Below are positions 38,123-51,130 of a stretch of DNA of 64,000 bases, piece after piece (positions within the stretch are counted from its first letter, which is position 1; each line of letters starts with the position of its first letter). The notes beneath the pieces were generated by a model, which did not search any database, was not told where the DNA came from, and was given only the letters and a program-made list of their open reading frames with translations. Where the stretch lies: contig MU058718.1 of NCBI GenBank assembly GCA_013265495.1, positions 1,550,001 to 1,614,000 of the forward strand, written 5' to 3'. Both the position numbers and the translations under genes were made by a program. The DNA comes from Vicugna vicugna (Eukaryota).

Positions 38123-39756
38123 TTCTGTCAAACATTCAATTATTAATCAAAGTTTAACTTTGGTCAATACTGAGTAACTCATACCAATAAACATTTAGTA
38201 TTAATAAATTGTAATAATTAATGCTAATAGATATATATTGGTAAATATATATTGATGAATAATTTTTTATATCTATTAAATGATATCTTTGTCACACAAC
38301 ACCACAGGTAAAGCCGCTTGGTGAATCACAGAGGTCTCTCTCGGTGGGCCCAGATAGCGTCAGCTCATCGGCAGACTTGCCCTGACTTTGGTCTTCTTGG
38401 TCAAGTCGTGTAAAAATATAAAAGTAAAACCGTCAGACTGTAACCTTGCATCACTTCGTACAGACAGCCGTGTGCCACTTCGTTCCACATGTTGAAATGG
38501 CTGTTGCCAGATGATGTATTTTTTAAGTGGACACAATTTGGCAGTGGACTTTTCCACCTCTCCTGTTTCTAATCATCCATTGCCTGGGCATGTCAGGGTC
38601 AGGCTTAAAGACTTGCTAGAACTGGAGTCAAGATTTACGAGAACGAGATGTAACCAGGCCTCTCCCAGAGGTTTGGGAAGAACAGCTGGAGTCTGGCACT
38701 TAGCATCATGACAAGGACTATTAAAAACTAAAGCGGTTGTTTTTTCTTTTTTTTTTTTTATAAGATGAGTATAGAAAAGCAAGAAGTACTCTACCAGAAT
38801 ATCAAAGGCATCCTCAGAAGGGGCACCTTTAAAGCAAAGGATTATAACAGCTCTGGCTCGCTACCTCACTCACATTTCAAACTCTTTGTAAACACGAGGC
38901 AAAAATTATTAGGTTTGAACTGTGGATTTTCCCCCTTGACCCATTCCTGAATGGAGTTGAATCATTCCCACTCAAAGCAGTGAGGGGCTGTTTTGTTCTC
39001 CAGGCCCCACCCTGTGCTGATGTAATGCGCCCCGGCTGTGTTTTTCTGATGAGTGTGCTAGGGAGGGTCCTCGCCAGGAAGAAGGCTGCTGCCCAGGCTC
39101 CTGGGGTGGCAGGGAGACAGGAGACGGGGAGCACAGATGCTGGCAGTGGAAGGGCTGACAGCTCACGCTGAGTGCTGGAAAGTTCACCTGGTCCGTCCTC
39201 CTCTTACCCCACCTCCCCCACGACCACCCCCGCCCGCCACCAACATCCCCTCCAAGACCATCCATCCCTGAGGGCTCACCGCTCACACCAGAGAGCTCTA
39301 GTTTCTTGAAACTTGTTCCTGCAGCCACACCCCCCTTCCCTTCCTATTCAGCCTCAGACAGGACATCTCCAGCCCAAGAGTGTCTGCAGGCTGCCCCGCC
39401 CAGGTCCACTTCCCAAGGAAGAGGAAACCTGAAACCTACAACCCGACCTACTTCTGGCCTTCCCTAAGGGGCAGCCCTGTCCTCTTCTCAAAGGCACTGG
39501 CTTTTTTTTACAGCCTGATTTACTTTTAATGTTGAATTTGTATTTGTGAACATGTCAGAAGACCAGGGCAGAGAACAAGTTTTATATAAAATAAAAATAA
39601 AAGCATTTCATTTTTTCAATCCCTCACACCCTCGATCCCTCTTCCCACCCCACCCCTCAAACACACGATTCTCCTCGCTCCGACTCACCCCTTTAATGCC
39701 TTTACTTTTCCTGTTGGTTTCCATTGTTTCATGCTATTGAGAATTATTTTTAAATA

Positions 39757-40044
39757 ATTAGGGGGCTGTGGTAGAGTCCATATGAAGGAGGGTGAAGACC
39801 TGAATTTAAGAGTGGTAATAGGATTGGCTGGAGAGGAGAGATGTGAATAATTTTAGGAGGCAAAATTGGCAGGATATGTGCAGGGCTAGAGTTTCTCCGT
39901 GAGAGAAAGGGAGAGAGAGGAGTTATAGATGGCTCCCAATTACTCTGGGATGAATAGGGGCGATCGATGGTGCCGCCCATTTAGGTAATAAATGCTGGGG
40001 GAGGAGCCCTTAGGAGAGAAGATGATGACCTCAGTTTTAGCCAT
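39757..40044 (-). mobile_element. L2 fragment
   Basis: 'gagaggagttatagatggctccca...gatggtgcc...gaagatgatgacctcagttttagccat'. Confidence 0.75.
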
Positions 40045-40261
40045 CAAGGAAGACAGATTGTTTTTTTCTTCCTAGTTGAGTATATATTCTCTTTTCTTCT
40101 CTCTTTTCCCCTTTCTTCTTCCCACTTAGCCTCTTTTCTTTATTCTGTTGCTAATGACTGACAAAAACTCAGATTACACCTTGCAAGGCTCCAGGTTGTG
40201 GATAGAGGTAAGGCACATTTTACAAAGCTAAAAGTTGTTCTCAACCTGTAAACCCAGACTT

Positions 40262-40427
40262 AGCTGTGATCAACAGACCCAGATTCTGATCCTTGGTCTC
40301 CCATGAACCAGCTATGTGACCTTGGACAAATCATCTAAACCCGCTGGGTCTCAATTTTTTTCCTGCAAAATGAAGGGGATGAATGAGATTTCTTTAAGGC
40401 TTCTTACAGTAGAGATTTTGATTCTGT
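40262..40427 (+). mobile_element. MIR (MIR3-like)
   Basis: 'ccagctatgtgaccttggacaaatcatctaaac...aaaatgaagggg'. Confidence 0.8.
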
Positions 40428-40577
40428 AGGATCAGTGCTTTTTTGCTAAACCTACAGTGTGGCAGACTTTGAATAATCTATGCAGTATTGCAGTGGTTAC
40501 TTCTGCATTGGCTAAAATTATCTCTCATTTAAATGCCAACTAGCTGGCTTGCTTTGGAGTTTAAGATAGACCGATAG

Positions 40578-40946
40578 TGTCATGAACTGAATGGCATTCC
40601 CCTAAATTCCCATGTTGAAGTCCTAACCCCTAGTGTGGCTGCATTTGGAGATACGGCCTTTAAAGATGTAACCATGGTTAAATGAGGTCATGAGAATGGG
40701 GCCCTATCCAATGGGACCGGTGTCCTTATAAGAAGAGCAGGAGACACCAGGAGTGTAGGTACGTAGGAGGAAGACCACACAAGGACACTGTGAGAAGGCC
40801 AAGGAAAGAGGCCTCAAGAGACACCAAACTTGCTGGCAACTTGAGCTTGGACTTCCAGATGCCAGAACTGTGAGAAAATAAGTCTCTGCTGTTTAAGCCA
40901 CCTGCTTTGTGGCTTTTTGTTATAGTAGCCCTAGCAGACTAAGACA
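40578..40946 (+). mobile_element. MaLR solo LTR (MLT1B-like)
   Basis: TG...CA; 'catgttgaagtcctaaccc...ggtgtccttataagaagag...ccagaactgtgagaaaata...gccctagcagactaagaca'; TSD GATAG/GATAA. Confidence 0.92.
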
Positions 40947-41024
40947 GATAATGAGGGGGGGTGGGGGGGCGGGGTGGCAACGAAAAAAGCCACCACGGTT
41001 CTTGCTTCAGGGCTTTGGAAGGTT

Positions 41025-41225
41025 TTACCGCTTCTTCCCAACCTCACCTGCCTAGTCAACTTCGACTCTTCCTGTAAGTCTCACTTCAAGTGTCACCACC
41101 CCTGTCCCTCCTGGTTGACTTGGGTACTCCTTCCCTCTGTCTCGTGGATGCACTTTGGCTGTTTGAATCACCGACATTCTTGAATGTCTTAACGCATCAG
41201 ACTAGGAACTTCTTGACAGTAGCTT
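41025..41225 (+). mobile_element. L2 fragment
   Basis: 'cctgcctagtcaacttcgactcttcctgtaagtctcacttcaagtgtcacc'. Confidence 0.65.
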
Positions 41226-41259
41226 TGGTTGGGTTAGAGGGACTCAATGTGTAATTGTA

Positions 41260-41380
41260 AAGGGAAGAAATGTAAGAAGAAAAGGAAGAAGTGGTGGAAA
41301 GAAAGGAAATAAAGGGGGAGGAAGAAAAGAAATAAAGGGGGAGGGAGAAAGGAGACAGAAGGGGGAATAAGAGGAAAATA
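41260..41380 (+). repeat. GA-rich low-complexity tract
   Basis: Almost pure purine run; 'gaaataaagggggagg' occurs twice. Confidence 0.85.
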
Positions 41381-43449
41381 CAGATATTCTGACATGCTAA
41401 AACGCCAGTCAATTCAAAGGACATTTCCAGGAAAACAACTCATTAACCTGAATGAGGTTGATGTGACTAAATCTCCTCTATGTCAGTGATGGTGTTAAAT
41501 TGAGGATTTACAATCTGCCAAGATTATAATCTGGTGAGAAGGAAAATGTGAACCAATATAAATTAAATGACTTTAAAAATAGTTATGTGCTGACAAACAA
41601 AGTAAAAGAATAAAAGCCAAGTAAACAGTGTACATGGGTATTAGATTAGACATTAGGAATAGGAAAAATGCGCTGATGATGGAAGTACTAAGGGGCTCGA
41701 AAACATCACTGAGGGAGGTGTTCAAGTCTATGTAGAGACTTTATAGGAAAGCCAAAAGAGAAAAAATAAGATACACGTGATATGGTATGTACAGAAAAGT
41801 AATTCCGAAGGTGATTTGAAGGCAGGTTTTCCCCCCACGTTTCATTTTTCAAGCAAGATTATTTTATTTCTTTGATTTTTTTTCTCCTGTGGTCAAATGA
41901 TTAAAATTATGAACTCTGACTGTGATTATTAGTCCATCCTTTCAAACCCATTTTTTACATGGAAAACCTTTTTATCTCCTTTACGGAATGGCCTCATTTT
42001 TAAAAGTCAGTACCGAGTGAAATTTTAAATCTGGGTAGTCCCCATTCAGCAACTATGGAACAGTTTGAAAGAACATGGTCTTCAAAATTAAAACCTGGAG
42101 ACCGTTAGCAAGTCCCATCACAAACACTCCTGTTGCTACTTTAGTGTTTTCTCTGCGCCTTCATCTCTGACCACACCTATGAGATGAACCAAAATGTAGT
42201 GCCCTGGCTCCAGGGGGGAAGAGCTGCAAATGCTTAATAAAACGTTCCTCAAAGAGGAACAAAAAGAAGGATTAAGGACAAACTAAGCAGGACTCCCGTA
42301 TGCCAGGGACTCATAATATCTTTTACGGTGAAGATTTTTCAGTGCTTTCAGGTCAGCATCTGACCTCGCCTCAGGCGAAACCCTCTTCTGGTCCAATTCT
42401 CTTGCCCAGCCTTGGAGAGCCCCGCACAACCTGATGCACAGAAACACCAGATGCCAGCCCCAGGGTTCCATTCCAGTCTTTAATTTTAAAGGACACTGAA
42501 TTACCAGAAAGTCATCAAGAAGCATAATTTCTCGACAGACCTCTCGTCGTGGGGGAAGAAAACTCTTCATACACCCTGTTGAAACAATTATTTGCAGCCA
42601 ATCCCAGATTTTTTTTTTTTTGCCGAGTCTCTCATTATGAAGGTTTTGCCCATTCACATGTGAACTGTAAACAGACTGACAGATGGAATTCTTTTGTATA
42701 AACAGTTTCAGATACACTACTCCTCCGTGGCCGTGTCAGTTGTTTACAGTATCAAAAAGCCACAGATAGGCCTAAAAGTAAGGAAAGTCCGTATTTCTGC
42801 CAAACATTTGCACAACATCCATCCATAGTTTGTACCCGGGTGCTCAGAGTGTTGCTGACGAAACCCAGTTTCTCAAGTGTATTTACGACCATTGTGTCAA
42901 CAAGACTCCCCGGGAAATTTCTCGGAGAACCCCCTTCCAGAGCAGCCCAAGTCTCTGTGAAGGGGCCACAGATGGCAACACCAATCTAGAAGCAAGTTGG
43001 GAAACAAAGAGCCCTAAAAGAAATGCAAAGGGTACGAATAGAAAAGCTTGCCTCCTCCCTTCACACAGTTTTTCCTCCCAGGCTTACTTAGTACGTTTTC
43101 TCCCAGGCAAAGGGTTCATCTCTCCTCTTTCCTGCAACCTGAATTCAAGAGTCTTTGGAGCTTATTTTACAAACATCACGTCCACTTTGGATTTCTCTCC
43201 CTCACCCCCGGCAGACATTTAAGCACCTTAATCCTTCATTCTCCGTACTTCCCCTAAAGTGATCCTCTTCCAGGGCTATTTAAGCTATTTGGAATCTCCT
43301 TTCCATTTTTTTTTTTTTCATGTTCCCTCCTGCCCCACAGTTCAGCTTGTCTGAGAAAATGGTTTCATAAACCGCGCCTAATGTTCTCCAAATTGATAGA
43401 ACTGAGAGATTCTTACCCTAATCCATCTCCCTTATGCACAAAAGGTGTT

Positions 43450-45960
43450 CACAATATAATTCACATGCAATATAGTTCATTCCTTTAAAGTATGCGATTC
43501 AGTCGTTCATAGTCTAGTCACAGAGTTGCACAGCCATCAACACGATCTACTTTAGAACATTTTCATTACCCCCAAATGAGACCTCGTATCCATTTATAGT
43601 TACTCCCCACTCCCCTCCCCACCCCACCCCAACTGCCCCAGCCCTAGGCAACCCTTATCTGCTTTCTGTCTCTATAGATTTCCCTATCTTGGCCATTCAT
43701 ATCAGTAGAATCATACAGCATGTGCTTTTTTGTGACTCACTTCTTTCATTTAATGTTTTCATGGTTCATCCATGTTAGAGCATGCATCAGAATTTCTTCC
43801 TTTTTGTTGTTAAATAATACTTCACTGTATGAATATATCATTTTATTTATCCATTCATTGGTCGATGGACATTCGGATTGTTTCTTCTGCTGACTATCAT
43901 GAATGACACTACTATGAACATTAGTGTACAAGTTTTTGTGTGGACATATATTTGTCTTTCTCTTGGGTGTTTAGCTAGGAGTGCAATTTGTGGGTAAAGG
44001 AGTAACTCTCTGATTAATCTTTTGAGGAACTGCCAAACTGCTTTTCAAAGTGGTTACAACATTTCATATCCCCACTAGGAATATATAAGGGTTCCGGTTT
44101 CTCTATATCCTTGTCAACACTTGCTGTTATCTGTGATTTTGCTAGTGGGTATACAGTGGTATCTCATTGTGGTTTTGATTTGTATTTCCACTGTGGCTAA
44201 AGATTTTGAGTATCCTTTCATGTGTTCAATTGCCATTTATGTATCATTTTTGAAGAAATGTCTTTCAAATCTCTTGCCCATTTTTAAATTGAGTTATCTT
44301 TTTGTTATTAAATTGTAAGAGCTCTCCATACATTCTGGATACAAGTCCCTTATCAGATGTATGATATGCAAATATTTCCTCACAGTCTGTGTTTTCTTTT
44401 CACTCTCTTGATGGTATCACTTGCAGGATGAAATTTTTGAATTTTGAAGTTCAATTTATCTATTTTTTTCCTTTGTCACTTCTGTTTTAGTGTCAGATAC
44501 AAGAAGACTTTGCCCAACTCAAAGTCATAAATACTTACTCCTGTGTTTTCATCTAATAGTTTTATAGGCTTGGCTCTTACATTTAGATCTATACCCATTC
44601 TGAGTTAATTTGGGGGGACAGCATAAGGAAGGAATCTGAACTCATTCTTGTGCATATGGTATCCAGTTGCCCCAACAAAGAGAGAGTATTCTTTCTCCCA
44701 GTGAATAGTCTTGGCACCCTTGTGAAAAACCATAAACGTGTGGGTTTTAAATTCTGGATTCTCAGTTCTGTTTAATTGGTCGACATGTTTATCTCATGTG
44801 AGTGCTACAGTGCCTTGATTCCTGTAGCTTTGCTGTAGTAAATCAGTGAGTTTGGGTCTTCCAGTGTTGCTTTAGCTGGTCCAGACCCCTTGTATTTCCA
44901 TATGGATTTTAAGATCAGCTTGTCCATTTCTATGAAAAAAAACTAGCTGGAATTTTGATAAGGATTGAGTTGATCTGCACATCAATTTGTGGAGTATTAC
45001 TATCAATAATGTTAAATCTTCCAGTCCATGAACATAGAATGTCCTTCTGTTTATTTAGGTATTTTTTCATTTCTCTCAACAACATTTTGTATTTGTCAGA
45101 ATACAAATTTTGGACTTCTTCTGTTAAGCTTCTATCTAAGTATTTTATTATTTTGATGCTATTATAAATGGAATTTCCCTAATTTAATTTTCATAATATT
45201 CACTGCTGTACTGTATTGAAATTCAGTTGATTTCTGAATAATAATCTTGTATCCTGAAACCTTCTTGAGCTTATTTATTCATTCTAGTTGGAGTTCTTTT
45301 TTTTTTTTTTTTTTTTTTTTTATTTGGATTTTTTTTTTTTTTTTTTTTTTGCATTTTTTGTGGTACAGTTGACTTACAACATTATGTGAATTTCTTGTTT
45401 CTTCTTTTCGATTCCTTAGGATTTTCTGTATACAAGATCATGCCATCTGCAAATAGAGAAAGTTTTACTTCTTCCTTTCCAATTCTGATGCATTTAGTTT
45501 ATTTCCTTTTTAATTGGGCCTTGCTAGAACCTTCAGTGCAATTGTCGATAGATGTGGTGAGAACAGCCCTTCTCCGTTAAGTATTCTGTTAACTGTGGGC
45601 TCTTTGTAGGTACTCTTTATCCAGTTAAGAGAGTTCCTTTCTGCAAAGTTCTGTTCGTGTTCTACCAGTTTCTGGAAAGAGAATGGCCATATAAATTATT
45701 TTCTTTTCTGTTGTTATTTCTCTGCATGTTGTACCTGCGCCTATTTGAAGGAAGTTCCTTTGTACTCCTTGTTTTCTATGTGTTTTTGTCATGAAAGGGT
45801 GTGGGATTTTGTCAGATGCGTCTTCTGCATCTATTATATAGTCGATGAAGTTGATCCTTTATTCTACTAATAAATTGCATTGGGTGATTTTGGGGGAGGT
45901 TTTACCAGCCCTTGGATTTCTGGGATAAGTCACTTTGTCATGGTAGATAATACTTCTACA
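43450..45960 (-). mobile_element. L1MB-like LINE-1, ~2.5 kb 3' portion (decayed ORF2 end plus 3' UTR)
   Basis: Antisense hallmarks 'agccctaggcaac...tttctgtctctatagattt', 'ttttgaggaactgccaaactg', 'gtggtatctcattgtggttttgatttg', 'atcatgccatctgcaaatagaga'; ORF 43746-43931 (QSECPSTNEWINKM) resembles the L1 ORF2 C-terminus. Confidence 0.93.
45297..45394 (-). mobile_element. Ultra-short younger L1 stub with compound poly(A), nested in L1MB
   Basis: T25 + 'atttgga' + T22 + 'gcattttttg', then 'tggtacagttgacttacaacattatgtgaatttc', similar to the termini of the other stubs. Confidence 0.6.
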
Positions 45961-47199
45961 AAAGCCTTTTAAAATATTTTCTTTTAAGTTAAGAAAGGGA
46001 AGAGATACTGAATTTGCCAATTCTGGAATTCATTGTTTATATGTAGTACGGGCTGGAGGAATGACCTTCTTAATGTGACCTGACTCTGAGCAGTGCACTC
46101 AGTAAACCATAGCGGCCCCATAGCAATAAATAAATAATTCCCACAGGTCCCTTGTACCTGAATCATTGGGAAAACTCTGAGAGTGATGGGTAAGTAATAA
46201 TTAAATACTGGTCTAAATTTAAACTGTAAATATACACAAATGATACATTATGAAGAAGAAGAATTAAGATGGGAGAGTGGTGAGTGGGAAGAAAGAATCA
46301 CCTAAAAATCAAAAAATATAAATACCCAGAGAATAAGGATATCTTAAAAAAAAAAAACAGTAAAAACTGTAGCTTCCCAGTGACTTTCAGGACCATCAGG
46401 ACTTAAAAAGTATTTCTACCACACATTAATATGAAAAAAATAAATAAAAGTAGAATAGATGGAAACTGATTCTCAAAGATGTTACATAAATCTACCAAAG
46501 TCGGATTTTTGACTCCCAGTCCACTTTCCCTTATACAGAGCCACCTATCCTTAACAATGATGCTCAAATGTATCTGAGCAGCACTTTAGAGCTTTCAGAT
46601 CACTGTCACATATGTGATCCTGCTTCGTCTAGTGGCCTTTGTACAGTGTCACCCGCCACAGATGTCTGTTATGGACAGATGTTAGTGAGCCTTTGCCTCT
46701 TCAGTGGTGACAATGGCAGAACTCAGAATTATTCAGAATTTTGTTCCATAATTTACGTATAAGTCAGGGTAATAGAAATTGAATTTAAAATACGTGATCC
46801 ACTGCACTAAAATGGAAGTAAATACAAAGTGGTGACCTGTTAAGCAGTGATCTGCATAAATCTGAATTGCTTGGGGGTCAACCATAAAGTGAACAGAAGC
46901 CACGTGCTTTTAATCTGCCGCTAAGCATAATGTGAATGTACCCAGACATTCCTAGTGAACTAAAACACAGAAAGAAAATTTACTAACTTACATCAGTGCT
47001 TAGGACAAGCCACATTTTTTTTTTTTTGGCATCTTGAAAAAGGTTTGGATAAACGAATTCCATGTAGAAGGAAATTCACCCATATTTACCAAAAAGTGAA
47101 CATCTGGTAGGTCCCTGCAATTGATAGCCTAGTAAAATGGAGATTCTCTGGGCTCAGCCCTTAGGATGGCTCGTGGAAGTTAGACTACAGGGAATTTCC

Positions 47200-47470
47200 C
47201 AGCAGCACAGTGTAGAGGCAAGAGTGTGGTGCTGAGAAGCAGCTCTCAGATCATTTGGAGAGAGATTATGGATGAATGGATGGATGAAAAAGTAAATGGG
47301 CTTCTTATCCAAAGCCCTGGAAATCTGGCTAAACTGGGTGTCCTGAGCCAGGCGAATTAACTGCTAGGCTCCCATGTCTTATGTAACAAATGGAAATAAC
47401 CATATCTGCCTTTCCTGAACCTGCCCTTCACAGATTGCTGCGAACTTGAGATGAGATACTGTGTTTAAGG
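47200..47470 (+). mobile_element. Degenerate MIR
   Basis: 'gcagcacagtgtagagg' ... 'aaatggaaataaccatatctgcc...cttcacagattgctgcgaacttgagatgagata'. Confidence 0.55.
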
Positions 47471-48956
47471 TTATTTCAGAACCGTAAAATAGCAAATAGA
47501 TATGAAGTAGTATTGTTATTAACTGAAACACTGATCATCTCAAGGCCAGAGCCAGAAGCCGAAGGGCAGAAACTGAGCGGGAGGAGTTGGGAGGGAGGTG
47601 AGAGATGTGCCATAAGACTGGTTCTTGTCAAAAAAAAAAAAAAAAATCCAACGTCTTCCAAACGTAAGGACTCACAGAGATACCGAGGTGTCCATGTTAA
47701 ATAAACATCCTCCTGTTCAACGTCCACTTTGAAAGTTACAAAGTACTTTACGATAGTGCAAACCACTCCAAAATGCATTCATAATATATACTTACAAACA
47801 GAATTAAACAGTCTAAACTTCGGCCACCATCTCTCCTTACTTTCCTCCTGTTGGAATATGTTGAACTTAAATCAAAACAGCCTTGTGGAATACTTTGAAA
47901 GCAACTTTAAAACCTAAAACATGAAGCAAGTAGATAAAATAGAGACTATAGGAACAATAGAATTACAAAGAAAACAAGTACAATATCAATTCAGGAAAAG
48001 TGCTTGCCATGTGCACACTCGCATGGCGGGAAGGAGGGAAGTTCGCATGTAAGGACGGAGAGAAAAAGATTCAAGGTGGCAACTGGGAAATGGTACTTAA
48101 GAAAGTAGATAAGCTATAAATTCCCCTTGCTTTGAATCAAGTAAACGTCCTTTGGAAAGGCTGGATCCAGGTTCAGGGGAAGGACAGAGGCACTGAACCC
48201 TTTTGATTAATAGCATTCATCAGCAGTATGTGGACAGCATTAATGAGGCCACATTTATTGAGCCCCTCCAGAGTGTGTGCCCAGCCCCACTTTTGGAGAC
48301 ACTTCTCTTTATAATGCAAGTTTCAGGGTGCATCTTTGGGGTCCCCAGGAACCACCACGACTTGAAATTGTTTCTCTTCTGAAGCACTCGTTTGAAATAA
48401 TATTGCTTGGAATGCTTGAGGCCTACGCTTCATGATTGGTCCTGCAACATGATCTGAATTACAGTTAGCAAAGCAATGGGATTTAGCCTCCTTGGCCTAA
48501 GTTACACAAATGTTGATGAAGCCTGTGAGGTAAACTCGTTTATCCTATAAGCTTCATTGGCATTTCTATGACAAAGCAAAGAAAGAACATTTGTGTTTCA
48601 GTATAAAGCCATGACCTGGCAACTCTTTCCAAGCTCAGGTATCTTACAGGTTTTTTCATTTCTGATTCTAAGATCTTTTCTTGATGGGTATGAATTGTGT
48701 AGTACTTAACATAGATGCCTTTAAAAACCGTACCACTGCATCCTAACGTATGAGAACTTGTATTACAAAAACCCTCAATGAAGTGGTTGGATGCCTCATC
48801 AAAATTCAGAGGGAAAAACAAAAGTAATACCCTCTCCCCACCAAAAAAAGTACATGTGTCAAGAATCCAAAGATAAGATTCACCTTAGGGAAGTGGAAAC
48901 TGAACGACTTGTGAGACTGTGAGATGGAAGCTCTTAGAATTATTACAGAATTAGGG

Positions 48957-49458
48957 CTGTACTGTCCAAAACGACAGCCAGCTGGCACAGCCAAGCACTC
49001 GTGATTTGGCTGGTACAGCCGGGGAATGGAATTTTAACTTCATTTCATTTGAATTAGTTAAAATTTAAATTGAAAAACTGTTAATTTCATTCTTAAAGAA
49101 CTTTCAAATATGTTCAAAACAACTTGGTATGTAAATCTACTTCTTCAGCAGTAAGTTTTATGAAGTCTATATGCAGACCAAGTGCCACATAGCTGATGAA
49201 TATACAGTGTCTTAATTGAGATGTGCTGTAAGGGTAAAACACACACAGGATTTCCAAGATTTTGTAGGAAAAACGAATTCAGATATCCCATTAATAATTT
49301 TTAATACTGATTACATATTGAAATGATCACTTTGATATATTAAGCTAAATACCATTAAAATTAATTTCACATGTGTCTTTTTACTTTTCTTAATGTGACT
49401 ACTAGAAAGTTTAAAATTGCATGTGTGGCTCACATTTCATTTCTATTGGACGGTGCTG
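48957..49458. mobile_element. hAT-Charlie non-autonomous DNA transposon (Charlie1b/MER33-like)
   Basis: TIRs 'ctgtactgtccaa' / 'ttggacggtgctg'; internal 'aattgagatgtgctgtaag', 'atgtgactactagaaagtttaaaattgcatgtgtggctcacatt'; degenerate 8-bp TSD AATTAGGG/ATTCAGAG. Confidence 0.88.
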
Positions 49459-49599
49459 ATTCAGAGAGTAGTATGCTCCTAGGCACAGATGAAAGATTAC
49501 AAATAATTAAATAAGATTTCTCCCTATAAAGGCAATCTCATGGCCAAAGTAAACTCGTGGAGCACTTTTTGAAGATTCATGCAAAAGTAGCCCATATTA

Positions 49600-49960
49600 A
49601 GGAAAAAAGTGTTAATACTGGCCCACACTCAGGAGGGTCCATTCAAGCTTTGGGGATCTCACAGTGAGGAAGATGAACAGTGTGTAGAGCTGAAAGCACG
49701 TCAAAAAGAATTAGTGGCTGGTCAGAGGGGTTGACTTAGGAGGAGGGAAAATGAAAGAATGAAATCCAAGGACTAAAGATGATACAGTTGTCTGCAAAGG
49801 ACAGAGGGGATTAGTTGGCACTGACAAAAAAAGGTTGGAACCAGAAGTAATGGGATACAGGTAAGAAAGGGAGATGTAAGCTTGGGACATGTTAAGTGAA
49901 GGGGAAACTAGAAAGGGCTCAAGGGGTGAGGAGGCTGGTCCAGGCTTGACAAAGGAATGG
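49600..49960 (-). mobile_element. Degenerate L2 fragment
   Basis: Purine-rich; 'gcttgggacatgttaagtgaagggg' resembles antisense L2. Confidence 0.4.
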
Positions 49961-50879
49961 AGGACTTGACCGACCTCGCGGTCTTCCCAGCTTTTGTTTC
50001 TCAACTCCTCTCTGGGCTTATTAATTCGCTGATGTGGGTAGGCGTGGTGGGTAAAGGAGGAGCTGGAGGGGAGAGAGATCTGACGGCACTTCAGTCTGCG
50101 GCAGGACTGAAATGGTCATCGTCTCCCTTCTCCTCTGGCTGCCTGGAGCATCATCCTGGTGACATCTGTAGTGGCCATTCGGTGCCCACGTGTGTCTGCA
50201 CAAAAACGCCACCGCGAGCAGCGCGTCACTAAGCAAATCTGCCTCAGACATGCTGCACCTGTTTGTTACTGAGTGTACCTTTCCCACCACACTTTTCTTT
50301 GGGAAACAGAAGTAGAAAGAGCTGAGCCCAGGCCTGGATATTGAAAACAGATTGACGTTAACACACATGCACCAAACCCATTTCCTTCTCAGCAGCCTTC
50401 CACATACCGTGCAGAGACTCCTCCCAGTTTCCGAGATGGGAGACATTAACCACAAGACAAGATAGATCACCAACTTAAAAATGTGTTGTAAAGAGTTGCC
50501 ATCAGTCTGCAGACATCACTCTGGCAACCTTTGGATAACATCAACTATGCTCCAATGAAAGACTTCAAAAACCAATGTGCTTCCAAAATCAATGGAAAGG
50601 AAATGATGATTTCACTTCTGTCAATTGGAATAGACTGCGTTAGAAAGGAACTTTCATTATCGGCAAGGGTGTATGCGGGGTAGGAGGGAATAGCAGAGGC
50701 CTTTTTCCTGACTTTATGTAAAATCAAGAAGAGAAAGTAATGATACTCCAGACTCTCACACGCGCATCTCTAGCAGTTGCCCCTTGTTCTACTAACTTCT
50801 TAAAAGGAAAATGCAGACTGGTCAGTTCTCAGTTCAAAAATTAACACAGAGGTGGGATTTTTTTTTTAATAGTACTCTA

Positions 50880-51130
50880 ATAAGGAGCGTGGAATCAGAG
50901 TGCCAGGGTCTCAGTTCTGCCTCCCCCTCTTAAGAGGTGTGTGACTTTGGGCCAGTTACCTTCTTCTTTGAACCTTAGTTTTCACATCAGTAAGCTGGGC
51001 ATTGTATCTCTGGCACAGGAAAGCCCATGAGCTAAAACACATACAGCTCTTAGCATGGAACGTGGCACTTAGTGCGTGCTGATCCATGGTCTTTGTTGCT
51101 GTTTCTGCTGCTGTTGTCATTATTATTATT
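50880..51130 (+). mobile_element. MIR SINE
   Basis: 'tgtgtgactttgggccagttacct...gaaccttagttttcacatcagtaa...tggcacttagtgcgtgct'. Confidence 0.8.

Noticed and set aside
42283..42717. 144-aa minus-strand ORF (…ARELDQKRVSPEARSDADLKALKNLHRKRYYESLAYGSPA) as a terminal exon
   Set aside because: It runs through a homopolymer tract, has only a modest acceptor near 42431, and shows no recognisable homology.
50513..50683. 56-codon plus-strand open frame after 'tctgcag'
   Set aside because: No pyrimidine tract, no convincing donor and no homology; length is within chance.
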